A DNA stretch of 55,313 bases, filler included, from Catajapyx aquilonaris (Eukaryota): assembly GCA_000934665.2 (NCBI GenBank). It is 2 parts of 2 records of this genome, joined end to end, with 100 filler letters (N's around TTAATTAATTAA, not from the genome) between each part and the next. Parts side by side here need not be neighbours in the genome. Positions count along the whole stretch, not along the records: positions 27,715 to 55,313 come from JYFJ02005038.1; 1 more part is not named here. The stretch is one strand, 5' to 3'. The notes beneath the pieces were generated by a model, which was given only the letters and a program-made list of their open reading frames with translations, did not search any database and was not told where the DNA came from. Positions 50,411 through 55,313 of the stretch are shown here, in pieces; the first letter of the stretch is position 1, and each line of letters begins with the position of its first letter. The translations under genes were made by a program, and so were the position numbers.

Positions 50411-51802
50411 GGTCGTGAGCTGATAAACTATGGTCATCTTCTGACGGTAGAAAGAATATGTTGGCTACCCCACTCTTGCCACTATGGGACTTGAGAAGAA
50501 GAAAAGTCTCTCCTGAGAACATAACCAAGCCCAAAACTCGTCCCATTGGCCACGTATCCAAGTTGGAAGCAGGGTGACCAAGTGTTCCCAGATGGCCATT
50601 GCGGAATCAATCACCCCAGGCCGAGCTTTACGACCGTTTGTTTTTTTTTAGTTTGCAAAAATTGCTGTTGGACAGGCGAAACGGTCCGATCGATCTGAGC
50701 AAAAACTGGGGAGGAAACGGTTTGAAAAGCGACTTCCTTCCTTCCTTCCTTCCTCCTCCTTCGGGGTGGCCCCCACAGGAATTATAACCAGGTGAAGAAA
50801 AGTCTCCAGACTGGGGGGGTCACGGAGCACCAACAGGTGCTGCGTGCTTTCATTGCACATTCGCACGACAACCCCATAATGTATATACACCGCCTTATCA
50901 ACGCTTGCCAACTATGGCCTTCAGATACCAACCTGTCTCTTTCGCCCGCCTAAATGAGACCGCCAGTTTATTTATGGCCAGTCAAGATATACGGGCACAG
51001 GGTCTTTTACAGGTAGCCGGCCATTTGTGCCAATGGAATCGTAGAAATGGGCGGAATGGCTGTGTACATACGCTGTTTTTACTAAGTACGGCCGTGTTGC
51101 GCATGTGAACATATCAGATACGCATGCGCAATGTGTAGTGTTGATGACGTCATAGGAAAGCGCAGTGTTGCCAGCCGCCCACAAAATCATCCGATGCGGC
51201 CGGCTGCTAATTACCTTCCTAATTAACGGATGATTAGACTCATCTTATAATCCTTTCCCTAGCGCATTATTAACAAGAAGCCTCATGATGGGCGCCAAAA
51301 TCTTTGATACTACTTTTCCCCCCTTTTTTTGAACTAAGCCGATAGTCGCATTAGGAGGGTGAGAAAAAGATGGGTCTTATCTGTCTGGTAGCAATCCCAG
51401 ACGACAGAAGTTTCCTTCTCTCTCTCTTTCTCTCTATCGGGAGAGAGAGTCTTCTTCTTCTTCTTCTCCATAGATCGATAGGCTCTTGGTATAGAGTCTT
51501 CTAGTTTGAAAAGTTGAGCAAGGGCAGGTTCGTAGCCACGTAGAGTCGTCCAATGGGAGGAATGGGAAGGGAATTAGCTTCATTCCTTGGTGTGAATCGG
51601 GGCCTTGAGAGGACACCCTCCCTTAGGACCTAAATGGAAGGGATCTTGCAGGGTGGCCCAAAAGTTGGTCTAAAGTGGGCCATGGAAAAAGACTGGCCCG
51701 TCCACAACTGGTCCCAAAAATGCTTGAACCACGGTCTTGTACATGTCTATTGAAGTATTGAAGGATAATGATGAGCTGACCTGACCGTGAGCTTACTTGC
51801 TG

Positions 51803-51879
51803 AGGGAGTGGGGTAGCCGCTTCGGCGCTGGTGGACAGTTGAGCACTACACCAGCGCCGAAGCGGCAACCACACTCCCT
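51803..51879. mobile_element. Tiny hairpin MITE (77 bp)
   Basis: AGGGAGTGGGGTAGCCGCTTCGGCGCTGGTG...CACCAGCGCCGAAGCGGCAACCACACTCCCT. Confidence 0.7.
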
Positions 51880-53537
51880 GCAGGAACAGAAAGCTCACGG
51901 GGGTCTCCATAGGGCTGGGGAAGGAGTCCTAACAAATAGAGCCCTTTGTAACCAGTGTGAACAGCAGCTCAATTGGACCACAATTATTAGTGTTTAGGTG
52001 TTGGAAATACGCCAGGGACTTCTGAGCAAATGCCTTGTTTCGACACCTCGGGGCCTGTTAATTATGTGACATCCTGTGCAGAGCCTCCAGTGATTGTTCC
52101 TTCCCTTCCCCACAACCACTATACCTTTGCACGTCTTCCCGTGGACACGAATGCATTAAGTGGATTACAGTCGACCCTCCCTTCCCTAGAGAAGGTGGGG
52201 AGAAGTGGGGAAGGGAGGGAAGGAGAAGACTTTCCGTGGCCTGGGGGCCCTCGAGTCCACATAATCGCCCACTTATCGATTATTAGTCTTCAAACATCGT
52301 TGCCTCGCCATTCATCACGCCGACAAGATTACCCAAGGAGACATATCCTGTCAGAGGGGACAGGGGAAGGAGGAGGAGGAGGAAGGAGGAAGGTGGAGGC
52401 CACAATTCACCCTCAGAGGGAAGGAGCTCAGGGTGAGAGTTGCCATCATGTCCACCAGACGGAGGCTGGCGCTGGCGGCGAAGGGGATTGATAGCAGTGT
52501 TGCCAAGTGGGGGTGAAAGTGATGCCAACACACATTATTTTCTTGATTCAATTGTTGGTGAACACCCTGGAGGGAATGTAAGGCTTGTGTGAAAGTTTAA
52601 CAAAATAATAAAATAAATGATAAATATAAAGCAACATTACCGGTAATTTGAATTTAATTGTAAATTCAAAATTAATGCATTCGATTTACTTTGATTTTGA
52701 TTATTTATTTTAAATTTAATACGAGATTTTAGACATATTAATTTAAATAATTTGATAATTTTATGTAATTTGGATTCGTTATTTGAAATTCATGTATTTT
52801 GGATTCGTTATTTGAAATTCATGTATTTTGGATTTACTTATTAGGAATTTATTTATCCTGGTGACGCTATTTATTCAACTCTAATGTATTTATTCGTGTT
52901 CTGTATTGTGTACATGGCCAATTACAGTATGCGCAAATATTTGGCTATTACGTCGCCATGCCTTCAATGCATGAAAAACAACGCACATTCTGACGTCATG
53001 ATTCAAAGCACCTCCTCACATGTAATTTTTCATCTAAAAAAAGAGGCTCAATTAAAACCCCACTCATTAACGCTCCTGTTCGTAGCATCACAGCCTAATT
53101 AAATCGGGCGCAATTGAAAAGGCTCGGTACTCTACTTAGGTCCCTGGTGTACCTTTTTTTTATAAATTGTTTCAGGATTGGTACAAGTTCTTTCGTCACG
53201 TACGGCGTCGTACACCCAACACATAAGTGCTTTTTTTAGAGCGAAATTATTTTTTGAAAATTTTTATACCGAGTTTTGAGCAGGGGCAAAGTGAGTGCTT
53301 CGACCTGCTCCGGGGGAGTCACAAGAAGTCGTTAATTAGAAGCAACTCTGACGGAGAAACTTATGGAAAAAGGGAAGCGTGATTGTCGAGTGATGAGACT
53401 CTTGCTCATTGGATGTGGGAAAAGAGACAGGAGCCACTCTTATTAAATGAATGTACACGACCCAAAATCTGAGTCGAGTTCAAGGAAGACCTAAATCTGA
53501 GGCAAACATCCTCGTACATGGTGATTATTCATATCAA

Positions 53538-53654
53538 TCTTATATAATTATATAAAGCGGAAAGTTTGTCGGTATTTATGTATGTCGCGGCTACCTAACC
53601 CACTTCACATTGGTCGAGTGCTGATGGTTGTGTAATGCAATATGTTTGAACTAG
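53538..53654 (+). mobile_element. Deleted mini-Helitron
   Basis: A^TCTTATATAATTATATAAAGCGGAAAGTTTGTC...CTAG^T, homologous to 42261. Confidence 0.6.
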
Positions 53655-54277
53655 TCCCGAGTGAAGGAACACCCTGTTAGGAGATCCGCATCAGCAACAC
53701 GACACACTAGTAAGGTTGGTCGTAAAGCAGGGTTGGAGGAATTATGGTCCTTGCAAGTGAACGCTCGGCAGCGCAATATGTATGGCAATCTACTGAGTAA
53801 AGAAGCTTCTAATGGAATTTTTTCCCCCTTCTTCTTATTTCCTTGGTCCTACTTCCTTCATTCCAGCTTCCCAGCAATTCCGTGGGCGAGACGTCAATCC
53901 GTGGAGTAATCCCTATCGGCTTTAGCTCGTCCGCGAATCGATCGGGTTGGGGATTATTCTGCCAGCTCATGAATAAGTAACACCAGGAATCGACTTGCTT
54001 TTGATCTTTTTCAATAGCCTCTGTTTAATCCACGCCTCCACCCCCCCCCCTGCTCAGCCAACAAAAATTAATTAGCCGCGTGCTAAAAATTGAATCTGAC
54101 TCAGTCTGGCAATATCAGAACGTGCTCAGGAATATCGATATGGACTGATAAGCACACAGTATATCGATTTTCCTGGGTGACTTCCTGAGTCCCGCGATTC
54201 GCTGTAAAAATAACTCCTAGTGCGTGATTGGCTTCATCTAACCTATCCCAGCGCATTTCTATGGACAAACATCCGGA

Positions 54278-54782
54278 AGGACGGAATTTGGTTGGTTAGG
54301 GTAGGTTAACATTACCGTACCTTACCTTACCTGGACTATATGATTGTATAGTATAGGTAAGTTAAAAGGTAGGGTAACCTAGCCAACCTCTACTAGTCTA
54401 GGTTGGTCTAATAGTAGAGGTTGGTCTAGGTAAGGCAAGCAAGGTTAACCTAACCTAACCTAGCCACCCTCTACTAGTCTAGGTTGGTCTACTAGGAGAG
54501 GTTGGTCTAGGTAAGGCAAGCAGGGTTAACCTAACCTAGCCAACCTCTAGTAGTCAAGGTTGGTCTACTAGTAGAGGTTGGTCTAGGTAAGGCACGCAAG
54601 GTTAACCTAACCTAACCTAACCAACCTCTACTATAGTTTAAGTTGGTCTAATAGTAGAGGTTGGTCTAGGTGTTAATGTAAGGTAAAGTAACCTAACCAA
54701 CCTCTACTAGTCTAGGTTGGTCTACTAGTTGAGGTTGGCCCAAGGGGTAAATCACGCCAAGGCCGACCAAGTCCGTTGTACC
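54278..54782. repeat. MITE-like element carrying five tandem hairpin units (76-81 bp) with CCTAA runs
   Basis: CCAACCTCTACTAG...TAGTAGAGGTTGG units start at ~54383, 54464, 54540, 54621 and 54697. Loose termini ACGGAATTTGGTTGG / CCGACCAAGTCCGT. Confidence 0.75.
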
Positions 54783-54879
54783 CTCAACTACCGAATGACT
54801 TACCAATTGGGTTGGCCTATTAGAAGAAGTTGGTTTAGGTAATCTATAATATTAAAATGCTTGCGGACTTTGACCGAGC

Positions 54880-55160
54880 CCTCTGATTGGCCCGCCCCCG
54901 TATTGTTGCCGCCACCTCTTCCCATTGGCCCCCCGTCCATTGTTGCTGCGTCGTATCCATGACGCACTGTTACCACGACGCCTCCGATTGGCTCCCGTTC
55001 TGAGCATGCGCAGTGGGGGTGGAACACGTCCAGTTGCATGTTGACCTCCTTCGGGGAAGGTCGCTTTTTTTTCGTCTCTCCCGCCTCGGTCATCGTCACC
55101 CGCCGGACCTTTTACCCTTCTCCTCCCACCCTACCTGTGCCCCCCTCGCCACGGGGCCCT
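54880..55160. promoter_or_regulatory. CpG-rich promoter-like region
   Basis: Three ATTGG (reverse CCAAT) boxes at 54886, 54924 and 54987, a GC box CCCGCCCC at 54891, NRF1/Ewg-like GCATGCGCA at 55004, and STAT-type TTCGGGGAA at 55050. Confidence 0.5.
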
Positions 55161-55313
55161 GGTGGCTCATGTCAAGTATACGGGACATTCGCCGAATCAA
55201 TTTGTTCGTAACCTAGCGACTTACGATTCGACCTGACCCATGACAATGACCCCATCTGTATTCTGGCCAAGCTTGAGGAAATTCCGGGGCCCCTGGTCAC
55301 TTCCCCGACTTCA

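Noticed and set aside
54380..54745. CRISPR or true telomere
   Set aside because: The inter-repeat segments are themselves repeated, and there are at most 3 CCTAA copies per run.

Overview
Eukaryotic, repeat-dense genomic DNA, most likely from a non-holometabolous insect (inferred from the SINE, mariner and Helitron types and from CpG decay). It holds two convergent protein-coding genes. The first is a + strand, 5'-incomplete C2H2 zinc-finger gene with six phase-compatible exons (1656-2167, 9076-9166, 9227-9390, 11159-11294, 12341-12545, 21055-21247; about 433 aa visible, 4 fingers). The second is a - strand SOCS4/5-type (Socs36E-like) gene whose 400-aa CDS lies in one exon (27317-26115). The rest is intron, UTR or upstream sequence packed with nested non-autonomous transposons: tRNA-headed SINEs, decayed mariners, Sola2-like and Kolobok-like foldbacks, hAT/Tigger/Harbinger-like MITEs, mini-Helitrons, HINE-like elements and minisatellites. 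There is also a young non-coding Gypsy-type LTR element with a tRNA-Leu PBS, whose 3' LTR TATA box carries a MITE insertion. CpG content looks much lower in 1-27 kb than in 28-55 kb, but an artificial 100-bp gap linker (44N-TTAATTAATTAA-44N) sits near that boundary. I found no CRISPR array, prokaryotic system or clearly novel protein system. The most interesting items are transposon architecture and regulatory hypotheses. All calls were made by eye, with no database searches.
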